From: a virus
Direction: 5' to 3' (one strand)
Virus record (IMG/VR): IMGVR_UViG_3300042090_001664
Location: 1-50,332 of that record
Length of the DNA stretch: 50,332 nt
Shown: piece after piece, positions 27,727-36,835 of the stretch
Position numbering within the stretch: the stretch's first letter is position 1
Layout: every line of letters starts with the position of its first letter
The notes under the pieces: model-generated
What the model was told of the DNA's origin: nothing
The model's input: only the letters and a program-made list of their open reading frames with translations
The model's database searches: none
Made by a program: the position numbers and the translations under genes

Positions 27727-28020
27727 TCAGTAGGTGACGAAGTAGACGATTTCGGTGGCCGAACCGCACTCGACGGAACCAACCGAACCGCGGAATTGAA
27801 CGGAAGCCTCAGCGGCAGTGATGCCGTTCGGCGATGGCGTACCGTCGAGCAAAGCTCGCACCTTTGCGAGGGTCGCCGGATCGCTCGTGCCGAAATCGTA
27901 GGAAGCGGTGCCGTCGGGACCGCACGCAACAGCGTGCTCGTCATCGGATCCTAGCCCACCGCAACCGGCGAGTAGGGCTGCCGCCGCCACCGCAACCACC
28001 AACATCATCGTCCACTTCAT
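27727..28020 (-). CDS. Antisense lipoprotein (candidate superinfection exclusion or receptor blocker)
   Basis: MKW, hydrophobic stretch and LAGC lipobox; RBS AGGAG; has its own promoter. Confidence 0.75.
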   Translation of the reverse strand: MKWTMMLVVAVAAAALLAGCGGLGSDDEHAVACGPDGTASYDFGTSDPATLAKVRALLDGTPSPNGITAAEASVQFRGSVGSVECGSATEIVYFVTY

Positions 28021-28048
28021 GGTCGTCTCCTGGGGCCCGGTCGGGCCC

Positions 28049-28091
28049 TGTCGTCCTCGAGAAGCGTACGGCTGCGCACGCAGCCTCTCAA
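28049..28091 (-). promoter_or_regulatory. Sigma70-like promoter A
   Basis: On -: TTGAGA-17nt-TACGCT-6nt-GGACGACA; spacer palindrome GGCTGC-N4-GCAGCC. Confidence 0.7.
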
Positions 28092-28137
28092 GACTGAGTG
28101 CCTGCGCAGTGCAGGCCTCCGCCCGTAGGTGCCCCCG

Positions 28138-30102
28138 ATGGCCAACCCGAGCCCCGCATTCCAGCTCAGCACCGATGGCGTGACCTGGGGTGCGCCCGGC
28201 GCGAAGATTGCGGTCTCTGGCTCCGCTACGTTATACGCGCGGCTCGCCTCGACCGCGGGGGTGCAGTCGGTTCAGTGGGTCGTCTCGAGCACGGACGAGA
28301 CGACCCCACCGGGCACCTACGCGAACCAGCCGGTCCCGGTCGGGCTCCCCGGGCCGACCGCGGTGGTGACCCTCACGACGCAGGGCGCCGGCACGTGCGG
28401 GATCCTCCAGTGCACGATCAACGGCGGCGTCGTCGGGGTCGTCGGGAACAACTCGAACATCAACTACGCGCTCACGCGCACGACCGCCAAGTGGTACGTC
28501 AGCCCGGAGATCGGGGCGGTCGGCGAGAACATGGAGTCGGACCCGGTGAACGGGTTCGCGGCCTGGCTGAACCCAGCGGTGCGCGCGTACGCGCTGCTCG
28601 CGGCGCCGAGCGTGGCTCCGACCCCGTCGCTCGTGCTCCTCCGCGACACGGGGGGCCAGGGTCGGTGCACGAGCTTCGCGACCGACATCCCGGCGAACGT
28701 GGCCGCGGGGGGCGTCTACCGGCTGCCGGCTGGCAACCAGACCGCGATGGCGGCGAAGGGGGCGTCGCACGCAACGGTCGCGCTCGTGTCGCTCTCGAAC
28801 AGCGGAGCGACCCTCCAGCTCGGCGACGGGGTGGAGATCACCGCCGCGGACTTCCGGAGCGCCTCGCTGGCGAACCTCGGCGTGTCCAACTTCGTGCCGG
28901 TGACTGCGCCGTCGTCGCCGGTGAGCGGGTGGAACACCTTCGCGGATACCGCGGACTACCGCCTGAAGCTCCAGACGACGACAGGGAAGCAGCTCGCCGT
29001 CGGCGTCGGCACGCTCCTGTTCGACCAGACCGTGACCGGAGCCACGATCGGGCAGGACGTCGTCACCGGCAACGGCGTGAACGTGGGGCAGTCCCTGCTC
29101 ATGCGTGCGCAGCAGGGCCAGAGCGTCGGGAGCGGTTCGAACAACAACGGCGGCCCGGTGACGGTAGCGGGCGGCCTCGTCGGCACTGGCGGTACGAGCG
29201 GAACGGGCCTCCAAGGTGCTGCGAGCCTGCAAGGTGGTGGCAGCACGGCGAGCCTTGGCCTCGCGGTTTCCAATACGACCGACACGACGCCGACCACGAT
29301 CTACACGGTCGCGGTGCCAGCAGGTCAGGTGGTGTCCGTCGACTACGAGATCATCGCCAACCTCGCGCCACTCGGCACGAACCCGTGCATCGCGCTGGGG
29401 GTCTTTCGGCGGCGGTTCGTCGCCGCCCGCGTCGGCACCGCGAGCCCCGCCATCAGCAGCTACACCGACGTCACGCAGGGGCAGTCGCCAAACGGTCAAT
29501 ACGCCGTTGGGACGATTACGAACGGGCCGTTTTGGGACGGGCCGGACAACGGGAACAGCGGATCGTTCTCCGCGGCGTTCAACGGGGCCATCACGCACTC
29601 GATCGCAGGGAACTCGATCAACATTGTGGTGCAGGGGTTCCACTCGTCGCCGCCTGCATGGGTCACGCTCAATCCGTACCTCCTGTCGGTCGGCGTCTCC
29701 GGCACGGCCAACAACGGGTCAGGAGTCATCCGGATTCACACAGCGTCTGCGCACGGGCTCGCCTCGGGCGCGCAGGTGCAGATTACAGGTGTCGGCGGAA
29801 CCGTGGAGGCGAACGGGTGGTGGGTCATCACGATCGCCGACAGCACCCACTTCGACCTCACGGGTAGCACGTACACGAACGCCTACACGAGCGGCGGAAC
29901 GGTCACGATCCCAGCGGCGTTCGTGACGTATAGCTCCAACATCTACGTGCTCACCGCTCCGGGTTCTTCCGGTGCGACAGGGCCCGTCGGGACGGGGACA
30001 GGTCTTTTCGACGGCACCTGCACGTGGGCCTACGTAGGGCCCGCTGCGAGCGGCGTTCCCGTCCGCTGGACGCTCGCCGAACTTCACCAGCGGTACGGCT
30101 GA
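28138..30102 (+). CDS. Multidomain tail fibre/virion protein
   Basis: Gly/Thr-rich, with an FCCH-like module and a DGTCTWAYVGP module near the C-terminus. Start is ATG 28138 or GTG 28129. Confidence 0.7.
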   Translation: MANPSPAFQLSTDGVTWGAPGAKIAVSGSATLYARLASTAGVQSVQWVVSSTDETTPPGTYANQPVPVGLPGPTAVVTLTTQGAGTCGILQCTINGGVVGVVGNNSNINYALTRTTAKWYVSPEIGAVGENMESDPVNGFAAWLNPAVRAYALLAAPSVAPTPSLVLLRDTGGQGRCTSFATDIPANVAAGGVYRLPAGNQTAMAAKGASHATVALVSLSNSGATLQLGDGVEITAADFRSASLANLGVSNFVPVTAPSSPVSGWNTFADTADYRLKLQTTTGKQLAVGVGTLLFDQTVTGATIGQDVVTGNGVNVGQSLLMRAQQGQSVGSGSNNNGGPVTVAGGLVGTGGTSGTGLQGAASLQGGGSTASLGLAVSNTTDTTPTTIYTVAVPAGQVVSVDYEIIANLAPLGTNPCIALGVFRRRFVAARVGTASPAISSYTDVTQGQSPNGQYAVGTITNGPFWDGPDNGNSGSFSAAFNGAITHSIAGNSINIVVQGFHSSPPAWVTLNPYLLSVGVSGTANNGSGVIRIHTASAHGLASGAQVQITGVGGTVEANGWWVITIADSTHFDLTGSTYTNAYTSGGTVTIPAAFVTYSSNIYVLTAPGSSGATGPVGTGTGLFDGTCTWAYVGPAASGVPVRWTLAELHQRYG

Positions 30103-30123
30103 CCCACCACGAAGGGATCCACG

Positions 30124-31155
30124 ATGTCCTGGTTCAACGACACGATGAAGCGAATGGCGTTCGCCATCGCGATGGGCTTCGGCCTCCTGGCCGTCGTCGT
30201 GGTGCTGTGGCGGAAGACCGAGGTGCCGCCTGTCGTGCCGGCGCCGCAGCTCCCGCCGGTGGTGCACATCGCCGAGAAGGCCACCGGGCCAGGCTTCGAC
30301 CACTCGGCGGCGGCAGCGTCGCTCACGGCGGTGTGGGATGGGCTCTCGACGGACTATCCAGACTCGGGCACCGCGCAGGTCGTCGTGAGCACGCAGACGA
30401 TGGCGGACGTGCTCGTCGTCGCAACCGGGAGCTGGACCGGCACCGTGCAGTTCGAGGCGACCGCCGACCAGACCAACTGGTTTGCGGCGCCGGTCGTGCC
30501 GATCGGCGGCGGGAACATCGTCACGAGCGCGACGGGCGATGGGCAGTGGGTCTTCCAGGTAAGCGGCGCGCAGTCGTTCCGAGCTCGCTGCTCGGCGCTG
30601 AGCGACGCGGGCAGCCCGCCAGTCATCGCGCTCGCGGCCTCGAGCGCGGGCGGCAACACGGGCGGCGCCGGGTCGCAGGTCACCGTCAACAACGATGGCG
30701 GCGCGCCGGTGCCAACCGGCGGCGCCATCGCTCCGGTGGTCTACGACGACGGAGGCACGAGCCTCTCTGGCGACACGGGCGCGACATGGAAGCTCGGAAA
30801 CATCGCGTCGGTCCCATCGGGCGCCAAGGCTGCGATGTTCATGGTGAGCTACTGGGGCGGCGGGACGACGTCGCAGCTGAACTACCGCGTGCGGCTCACC
30901 CACTACACGAGCGACGCCGGCGCGGCCGCGGTGCTGCGCGCGGTCGGGCCCGGCAACCCGTCAGGAACGATCGTCACGCAGACCGCGTACTACCAGACGG
31001 TCACGCTCGCAGACACGGGGTCGGCGCAGGTGAACGCGCCCGTGCAAGTCGACGTCACCGGCGGCGTCGTCGGAGTCGCGCTCGACTTGCAAGAGGCCGT
31101 CGTGTCGCCGACGGATGCCGGCGTCGACACCATCTCTCTGAGCTGGAGCTACTGA
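30124..31155 (+). CDS. Membrane-anchored or exported beta-sandwich protein
   Basis: N-terminal hydrophobic helix; GSWTGTVQFEATADQTNW...FRAR phage beta domain; several DAG/DGG motifs. Confidence 0.7.
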   Translation: MSWFNDTMKRMAFAIAMGFGLLAVVVVLWRKTEVPPVVPAPQLPPVVHIAEKATGPGFDHSAAAASLTAVWDGLSTDYPDSGTAQVVVSTQTMADVLVVATGSWTGTVQFEATADQTNWFAAPVVPIGGGNIVTSATGDGQWVFQVSGAQSFRARCSALSDAGSPPVIALAASSAGGNTGGAGSQVTVNNDGGAPVPTGGAIAPVVYDDGGTSLSGDTGATWKLGNIASVPSGAKAAMFMVSYWGGGTTSQLNYRVRLTHYTSDAGAAAVLRAVGPGNPSGTIVTQTAYYQTVTLADTGSAQVNAPVQVDVTGGVVGVALDLQEAVVSPTDAGVDTISLSWSY

Positions 31156-31706
31156 TGAAGACCAGGATCCTCGCACTGCTCGCATTCCTCGCACTGCTCA
31201 TCGGGTGCTCGAACGCGCCGTTCGCGCCGGACGCCGGTCCTGGCGTTCCGATGAAGGCGGCGCCGGGCTTCCAGGCCGGGCCGGTGTACCTGAGCTCCCC
31301 GCCGACGCTCTCGAACAACCAGACGACGCCGCTGCTCACCGACTCGCTCGGCAACGCGCAGCAGAACATGGCGACGAAGCTCGCGGGCGAGGACCTCGCG
31401 AACGACGTCATGAAGTCGGAGCTCCGCTACTCCTACCTGCACCAGGCGGGGACGACGGCCGGCGTGACCGTGAAGAGCGGCGCGGGGTTCCTGCACGCGC
31501 TCAACCTCAACACGCCGGTCGCCTCCACCGTGGTGACCCTCTACGACAACACGGCCGCGTCGGGCACGGTCATCGCGGTCATCACGCTGCCCGGCACGCT
31601 CGTGTCCGAGGGCCCGTCGACCGCCATCTACAACGTGTCGTTCACGACGGGCTTGGAGCTCGTGGTCGCGACCGGCGCCGCCGACGTGACCGTGAGCTAC
31701 CGCTGA
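31155..31706 (+). CDS. Lipoprotein with a phage virion-type C-terminal domain
   Basis: MKTRILALLAFLALLIGC lipobox; VKSGAGFLH...TLYDNTAASGTVI...FTTGL. Confidence 0.75.
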   Translation: MKTRILALLAFLALLIGCSNAPFAPDAGPGVPMKAAPGFQAGPVYLSSPPTLSNNQTTPLLTDSLGNAQQNMATKLAGEDLANDVMKSELRYSYLHQAGTTAGVTVKSGAGFLHALNLNTPVASTVVTLYDNTAASGTVIAVITLPGTLVSEGPSTAIYNVSFTTGLELVVATGAADVTVSYR

Positions 31707-31726
31707 AGGAGACTCGGAGAACCGCC

Positions 31727-32167
31727 ATGAAGACCAGGAACCTCGCCCTCGCTCTCGTCGCGTTCGCCCTGTTCGCCGTCGCCATCGTCTGGCGCTCGCC
31801 CGAGCCCATCGGTCCGGTGCCCGACGAACACGTCGTCGAGCAGCGCAACAGCCAGGGCCAGACGCAGACCATCAAGTACACGGTCACCGCCCAGTCGTCC
31901 TACGACATCACGGTCAACCTGGTCTTCCCTGACAACTCGACGCAGAACGGCCAGCACTTCGACATCCACCCCATCTCCGTGAGCGTCGCGCAGGCGCTCG
32001 CCGACGGGGGCGTGGACTCGGGCGCCCAGGAGCTGGTCATGTTCAACAACTGGATCTTCCCGCAGGTCATCGCCATCTGGCAGGGCAACCTGATCGCCGC
32101 GCAGAACCTCGCGGCGGCCGAGAGCCTGACCGCCATCCTGAACGTCCAGCAGACCGTCACGCAGTGA
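31727..32167 (+). CDS. Exported or membrane-anchored hypothetical protein
   Basis: MKTRNLALALVAFALFAVAIVWR; RBS GGAGA. Confidence 0.7.
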   Translation: MKTRNLALALVAFALFAVAIVWRSPEPIGPVPDEHVVEQRNSQGQTQTIKYTVTAQSSYDITVNLVFPDNSTQNGQHFDIHPISVSVAQALADGGVDSGAQELVMFNNWIFPQVIAIWQGNLIAAQNLAAAESLTAILNVQQTVTQ

Positions 32168-34185
32168 GGATCGCTGTGTCCCGATCGGCCTCGCGTGCGC
32201 TCCGCGTGCTGCTCCTGGCGCTCGTGTGCCTGCTGGCGAGTGGCGCGCACGCGACCCCACGCACGCAGATCCCGGGGCAGCGCGCGCAGGTAGCGCAGCT
32301 CCAAAACCTCATTCCCTATTCCGAGGACCTCACCCAGTCGGTCTGGAACGCGTCGAGCTTCGCCGCGACCATTACCGGCAACGCCGTCGCAAACCCGGTG
32401 AACGGCGCCGTTACGGCGTCGCTCATCACGGACAACACATCGAACACGCCGCACGGTGTCTCGCAGACGGTGACCCTCACCAAAGGCGGGATCTACACGC
32501 TCTGCGCGTATGCGAAGGCGGCGGCGAGCGGCCGGTACATCGCCCTCACGGCGAACAGCGTCGGCGTGATCCTGATCTACGACCTGTCTGCCGGCGTGTA
32601 CGGGACGGTCCAAGGGAGCCTGGCGAGCACGTTCATCGGCGCGTCGATCGTTCCGGTGCCGAATCAGTCCGGCTGGTGGCACGTCTGCCTGACGGCGAAC
32701 AACTCGTTCGCAACGAGTGTCGCGACGAGGATCTACACGGCCACCAGCCTCCTCGCCTACACGTACGCGGGCACGGGCTCCGCGCAGCTCTACGTGTGGG
32801 GCGTGCAGCTCACGCAGAGCTGGGGACCGCCGCAGAACTACGTCCAGACCACGAGCGCTGGCGTGGGCTCCGGCCCCGTGCGCGCGTCGCTGCTGCCGCA
32901 GAACCAGAACTGGCTGACCAACTCGCTGGGCACGTCGTCGAGCTGGGGCAACTCGAACACCTCGGAAACGACCAGCGCGGCGACAGCTCCCGACGGGACC
33001 AACACGGCGACCGCGCTGATCTCCACCACGGTCTCGAGCGTCGGGCACTACGCGCTCCCGAGCAACGACCTCGTTCCGATCAACCAGTACCAGACGTTCT
33101 CGATCTACGCGAAGCCGGCCGCAGTCACGTACATCACGCTCCTCGAGGACGGGACGTTTGCCGAGGCGGCCTACCTCCTCAGCGGCGCGGGCTCGGTCAA
33201 CAACGTGTCGTCCGGCGGCAACAACGCGACCGTCGGGATCGTCGCTCTGCCGAACGGTTGGTATCGGCTGTGGATCACGGCTCTCCGACTCCACAATGCA
33301 AGTTCGATCCGCATTTACTACAACAGCACGTCGACGCCAGGCGGCTCCTACGCCGCGGCCGACACGGTGAACCCGCAGGTGTATGTGTGGGGCGCGCAGA
33401 TCACGAACACCAACGCGCCCGGCCCGTACCAGCCGACGACCTCGGTCGCGCTCAACGTGCTCGGCACGCCGCGGTACGTGCCACCGGTCACGCAGAACTT
33501 CCTGACCTTCTCGCAGGCGTTCGACAACGCGGCGTGGACCAAGACGGCGAGCACCATCAACACGGCGGCGCTCCTCGCGCCGGACGGCACGCTCACCGGG
33601 GAAGCCGTCGTCGCGAACACCACGTCGTCTACGCTCCACTATGTCGCAGCGACGGAGCCGGTCCTCAGCGGGAAGACGGTGACGTTCAGCGTCTACGCGC
33701 AAGCCGGCGCGGTTTCGTGGATCCTGCTCGCCACGCAGAATGCGAATTTCCTCCAGAACTTCAACCTGAGCACGTGCGTGACCGGAACGGGGAGCGGACT
33801 CGGCGCGAGCACCCAGCTCGTCAACGGGTGGTGTCGTTGCTCGATGGTGGTGACGGGCTCCTCATCCGTTGCGCCCGGGGTCCGCATCTACGCGGCGAAC
33901 GCGAACAACGGCTACACGTACGCGGCCGGTAACACGACGTCCCCCCAGGTGTATCTCTGGGGCGCGCAGTACGTGCAGGGAAACTGGGCCGGCCCGTACA
34001 AGGCCACGACGTCGACCGCGACCGACACGGCGACGGCGAACAACGGCTCGATCCGCTGGGTCGCGCAGGGCGCCCCGCCGGTGGCGGCGCTCCTGCCGGC
34101 GCTCGCCGCGCTCGCGCGCGTCCTCCGTCGGCGCGGACGAAAACCTGCCAACGACAACGCTTCGCAGGGTAGGATGGCGGCGTAA
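32164..34185 (+). CDS. Secreted protein with three CBM/head-spike-like repeats and a CTERM-like tail
   Basis: Signal peptide ending AHA; repeats QN(L/W/F)...W...T(L/F)(C/S).YA...GW....YVWG.Q starting near 32302, 32905 and 33493; ends in a hydrophobic helix plus RRRGRK. Confidence 0.75.
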   Translation: MRIAVSRSASRALRVLLLALVCLLASGAHATPRTQIPGQRAQVAQLQNLIPYSEDLTQSVWNASSFAATITGNAVANPVNGAVTASLITDNTSNTPHGVSQTVTLTKGGIYTLCAYAKAAASGRYIALTANSVGVILIYDLSAGVYGTVQGSLASTFIGASIVPVPNQSGWWHVCLTANNSFATSVATRIYTATSLLAYTYAGTGSAQLYVWGVQLTQSWGPPQNYVQTTSAGVGSGPVRASLLPQNQNWLTNSLGTSSSWGNSNTSETTSAATAPDGTNTATALISTTVSSVGHYALPSNDLVPINQYQTFSIYAKPAAVTYITLLEDGTFAEAAYLLSGAGSVNNVSSGGNNATVGIVALPNGWYRLWITALRLHNASSIRIYYNSTSTPGGSYAAADTVNPQVYVWGAQITNTNAPGPYQPTTSVALNVLGTPRYVPPVTQNFLTFSQAFDNAAWTKTASTINTAALLAPDGTLTGEAVVANTTSSTLHYVAATEPVLSGKTVTFSVYAQAGAVSWILLATQNANFLQNFNLSTCVTGTGSGLGASTQLVNGWCRCSMVVTGSSSVAPGVRIYAANANNGYTYAAGNTTSPQVYLWGAQYVQGNWAGPYKATTSTATDTATANNGSIRWVAQGAPPVAALLPALAALARVLRRRGRKPANDNASQGRMAA

Positions 34186-34210
34186 CCGGCCGCCCACTCG
34201 AGAGGATCCC

Positions 34211-35083
34211 ATGACCACACGTCGCGCGACCGGCCTCATCTTCGACCAGCCGCACCAGAAGCCGAAGACGCTCTACCGGGCGACGCCGGGCTTCAAGCTG
34301 TCCGACCTCGTGCCGTGGGACCTCTCGAGCTTCTGCCCACCGCCTCCGGACCAGGGCAAGCTCGGGCAGTGCACCGGCGTCTCGTTCGTCGGGTCGTGTA
34401 AGACGTACGACAATGCGAACGGGCAGCCCAGCGCGCTCGGGAGCTGCCTCGCGGCATACTGGGGCGGCCGGTTCGAGGACTGGCTCGCGAGCGGTGGCGG
34501 CGCCGGGCTCTCGGGTGACCAGCTGGTTCAGGCCTTCATCGCGCAGGACACCGACTGCGGGAGCTCGCACGCGTCGGTCTGCCTGGGCGTGAGCCAGCTG
34601 GGGCTCCCGCCGGCCTCCGCCTGGCAGGGGAGCTACGACGACACGGGCTCGCCGCAGGACCAGTTCCGCATGCGGCCCGACGCCGAGGCGCAGCGGCTCG
34701 GCTGGGACACGCGCTCGGAGCTCGTCCGGCTCGGGCTCGACGACGAGGACACGGACGCGAAGATCGTCGACCTGAACCACGCCGGCATGAACAAGCAGCC
34801 GATCGACATCGGGCAGATCGTCGACGAGCAGTTCTGCTCGGAGGAGTTCGACCCAAACGTGGCCTACGCGCCCGACGTGACCAAGCCCGCGGGCGGGCAC
34901 GCGCTCTACCTCGTCGCGATGCGGATCAACCCGCAGACGGGCGAGCGCGAGTACAAGGAGGCCATGAGCTGGGGGCCAGGCGCCTACGCGTTCATCTGGG
35001 TCCCGGAGAAGACGGTGGTGGCGCCGAGCACGCAGCTCACCATCATCAAGCGAGCGCCCGTGCTCGTCGAGGCGGCAGCGTGA
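34211..35083 (+). CDS. Papain-like (C1 family) cysteine peptidase
   Basis: DQGKLGQC (Gln/Cys), GGHAL (His), MSWG in place of NSWG. Confidence 0.8.
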   Translation: MTTRRATGLIFDQPHQKPKTLYRATPGFKLSDLVPWDLSSFCPPPPDQGKLGQCTGVSFVGSCKTYDNANGQPSALGSCLAAYWGGRFEDWLASGGGAGLSGDQLVQAFIAQDTDCGSSHASVCLGVSQLGLPPASAWQGSYDDTGSPQDQFRMRPDAEAQRLGWDTRSELVRLGLDDEDTDAKIVDLNHAGMNKQPIDIGQIVDEQFCSEEFDPNVAYAPDVTKPAGGHALYLVAMRINPQTGEREYKEAMSWGPGAYAFIWVPEKTVVAPSTQLTIIKRAPVLVEAAA

Positions 35084-35394
35084 GGGCCCTGGTCCTGTTC
35101 GCGCTCGTGCTCGCGGGGTGTTCCGGGTGCCACGAGGCACCCGGACCGCTCACCACCCCGCTCGGGTCACAGCCGGTCTCGACCGTGCGCCCTGGCGCGC
35201 TGACGGCATACGCGCCGACCTGCACCGGGGCGTGCTCGAGGGGCCACGACCTCGCCTGCCCGAGCGCGGCGCCGTCGCCGGGCGGGGTCGCCTGCGTGGA
35301 CAGGTGCACGCAGAGCTCGCTCGCGCCGTGGGATGTCACGTGCATGGCGGCGGCAACGACGTGCGCCACCTTCGACGCGTGCGGGTCAAGATGA
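35080..35394 (+). CDS. Cys-rich lipoprotein (paralog of 8810-9049)
   Basis: LAGC lipobox; PTC...C.DRCT...TCMA.A..C..FD.C. Confidence 0.75.
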   Translation: MRALVLFALVLAGCSGCHEAPGPLTTPLGSQPVSTVRPGALTAYAPTCTGACSRGHDLACPSAAPSPGGVACVDRCTQSSLAPWDVTCMAAATTCATFDACGSR

Positions 35395-35633
35395 TCCGCC
35401 GGGCACTCCTCGCGGTGGTCGGTCTCGTCCTCGCGGCGAGCTGCGCGCCGCTTCCGATCCTCGGCACGCCGGCGCAGCGCTGCGACGTGCACTGCGCCGG
35501 GCACATGTGCTGCGACCAGGGCGATGTGTGCGGCGGCACGGAGGTGGGGTGTCCTGCCGGGCAGTGCTGCTACACCGGCGACATCTCCGACTTCGGCGCG
35601 CGGCGCACGCATCCGCAGCACCCCGCGCCGTGA
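35391..35633 (+). CDS. Cys-rich lipoprotein
   Basis: MIRRALLAVVGLVLAASC; CC motifs; ATGA overlap. Confidence 0.7.
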   Translation: MIRRALLAVVGLVLAASCAPLPILGTPAQRCDVHCAGHMCCDQGDVCGGTEVGCPAGQCCYTGDISDFGARRTHPQHPAP

Positions 35634-35941
35634 GCCGCATCCACCGCGACGACCTGGACTGGCTCGTCGCGATCGTGATCTGGCTCGTGGTCGCGGTCGC
35701 GCTCGTCGCGAGCATGCTCGCGCTCGCGGTGACGGAGACCGGGTGCGACGCCAAGCCCGCGTTTCCGCACTCGATGCCTGGCGTCGAGGTGCCGATCCGC
35801 GACGCCCCTCCGCGGCACTCCGACGGCGGCGCATGGCTCGTCATCCCGGCGCCGCCGGGCGAGGCCGGAGCACCGCGCTACCACTTCGAATGCGACCTGG
35901 ATGATGGCGGCGCATCCTGTCGCGAGGTCCCGAACCCATGA
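35630..35941 (+). CDS. Single-TM protein
   Basis: GTGA overlap; long hydrophobic N-terminal helix. Confidence 0.6.
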   Translation: MSRIHRDDLDWLVAIVIWLVVAVALVASMLALAVTETGCDAKPAFPHSMPGVEVPIRDAPPRHSDGGAWLVIPAPPGEAGAPRYHFECDLDDGGASCREVPNP

Positions 35942-36447
35942 GCGTGCAGATCCTGTTCTCGACCGGCCGGACGGTGATCTCGAAGGCGATCCGCGCCATC
36001 ACGAAGAGCCCGGTCTCGCACTGCGGGGTGCTCCTGACGGACGCGGATGGACTCTGCGGCGCCAAGGTGGTCCTCGCGGAGGATGTCGGTGGGTTCAAGC
36101 CGATGCTGTTCTCGGTCTTCACCCAGAGCAACGACGTCGTGCGGCTCTTCACCCCGGTCGTTGACCTGCGACCTGGGGTCGAGGCGGAGCTCCCACGACT
36201 CGGCGCCGGCTACGACTACGGAGCGCTCGTCCAGGATGGGGCGGACGTCGAGATCGCGAAGGTCGCGCCGTGGTGGCATCCCCGCGTGTGGATGCACGAG
36301 CCTGGAGCGATGTTCTGCTCCAACGTGCTGGTGAGGATGATGCAGCGGGTGAACTACCCGGGCACGGCGGGGCTCGAGCCGGTCAAGACGGAGCCGGCGC
36401 AGCTCTACAGCCTCTGCCTCGCGCAGGACGCCAAGAGGGCTGCGTGA
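35938..36447 (+). CDS. Permuted papain-like NlpC/P60 amidase (YiiX/YebB-like)
   Basis: ISKAIRAITKSPVSHCG (His first), YDY, MFCS (Cys last). Confidence 0.8.
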   Translation: MSVQILFSTGRTVISKAIRAITKSPVSHCGVLLTDADGLCGAKVVLAEDVGGFKPMLFSVFTQSNDVVRLFTPVVDLRPGVEAELPRLGAGYDYGALVQDGADVEIAKVAPWWHPRVWMHEPGAMFCSNVLVRMMQRVNYPGTAGLEPVKTEPAQLYSLCLAQDAKRAA

Positions 36448-36551
36448 GCAGCGTTCCGGCTCCAATCCGCTGGGCTGCGCTTCTTGCGTGCGTGCTCCTC
36501 GCTCTTGCCGCTGGGGGCTGGCTCTACCTGGCGTGGCCGAGGCCGCGATGA
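36444..36551 (+). CDS. 35-aa single-TM peptide
   Basis: GTGA/ATGA overlaps at both ends; WAALLACVLLALAAGGWLYLAW. Confidence 0.5.
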   Translation: MSSVPAPIRWAALLACVLLALAAGGWLYLAWPRPR

Positions 36552-36835
36552 CCGGCAAGCCGAACATCGGCGCGACGTCCGACGACACCGACGCGATGGG
36601 TGCGGACCCTGGCGCGATGGACCGCCGCGATGCCACCCTCGACGCCTTCGCGCGCGAGGGCATGCAGCCGAAGCTCGCGGACTACGTCCCGCCGCCGGCG
36701 ACCGCCGATGTGGAGGAATCCATCGCGGACGCGCGCGCGCAGGCGGGCCTCGGCGAGCTCGCGCCCGAGGCGCCTCCGGTGCACGATCCGATCGACGATG
36801 TCGCGGCGCTCGTCGACAAGGCCACGAAGACGTGA
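36548..36835 (+). CDS. Acidic hypothetical protein
   Basis: Coupled overlaps at both ends. Confidence 0.55.
   Translation: MTGKPNIGATSDDTDAMGADPGAMDRRDATLDAFAREGMQPKLADYVPPPATADVEESIADARAQAGLGELAPEAPPVHDPIDDVAALVDKATKT

Noticed and set aside
26449-30102. Diversity-generating retroelement or invertible fibre switch
   Set aside because: No reverse transcriptase, invertase, TR/VR pair or flanking inverted sites seen.
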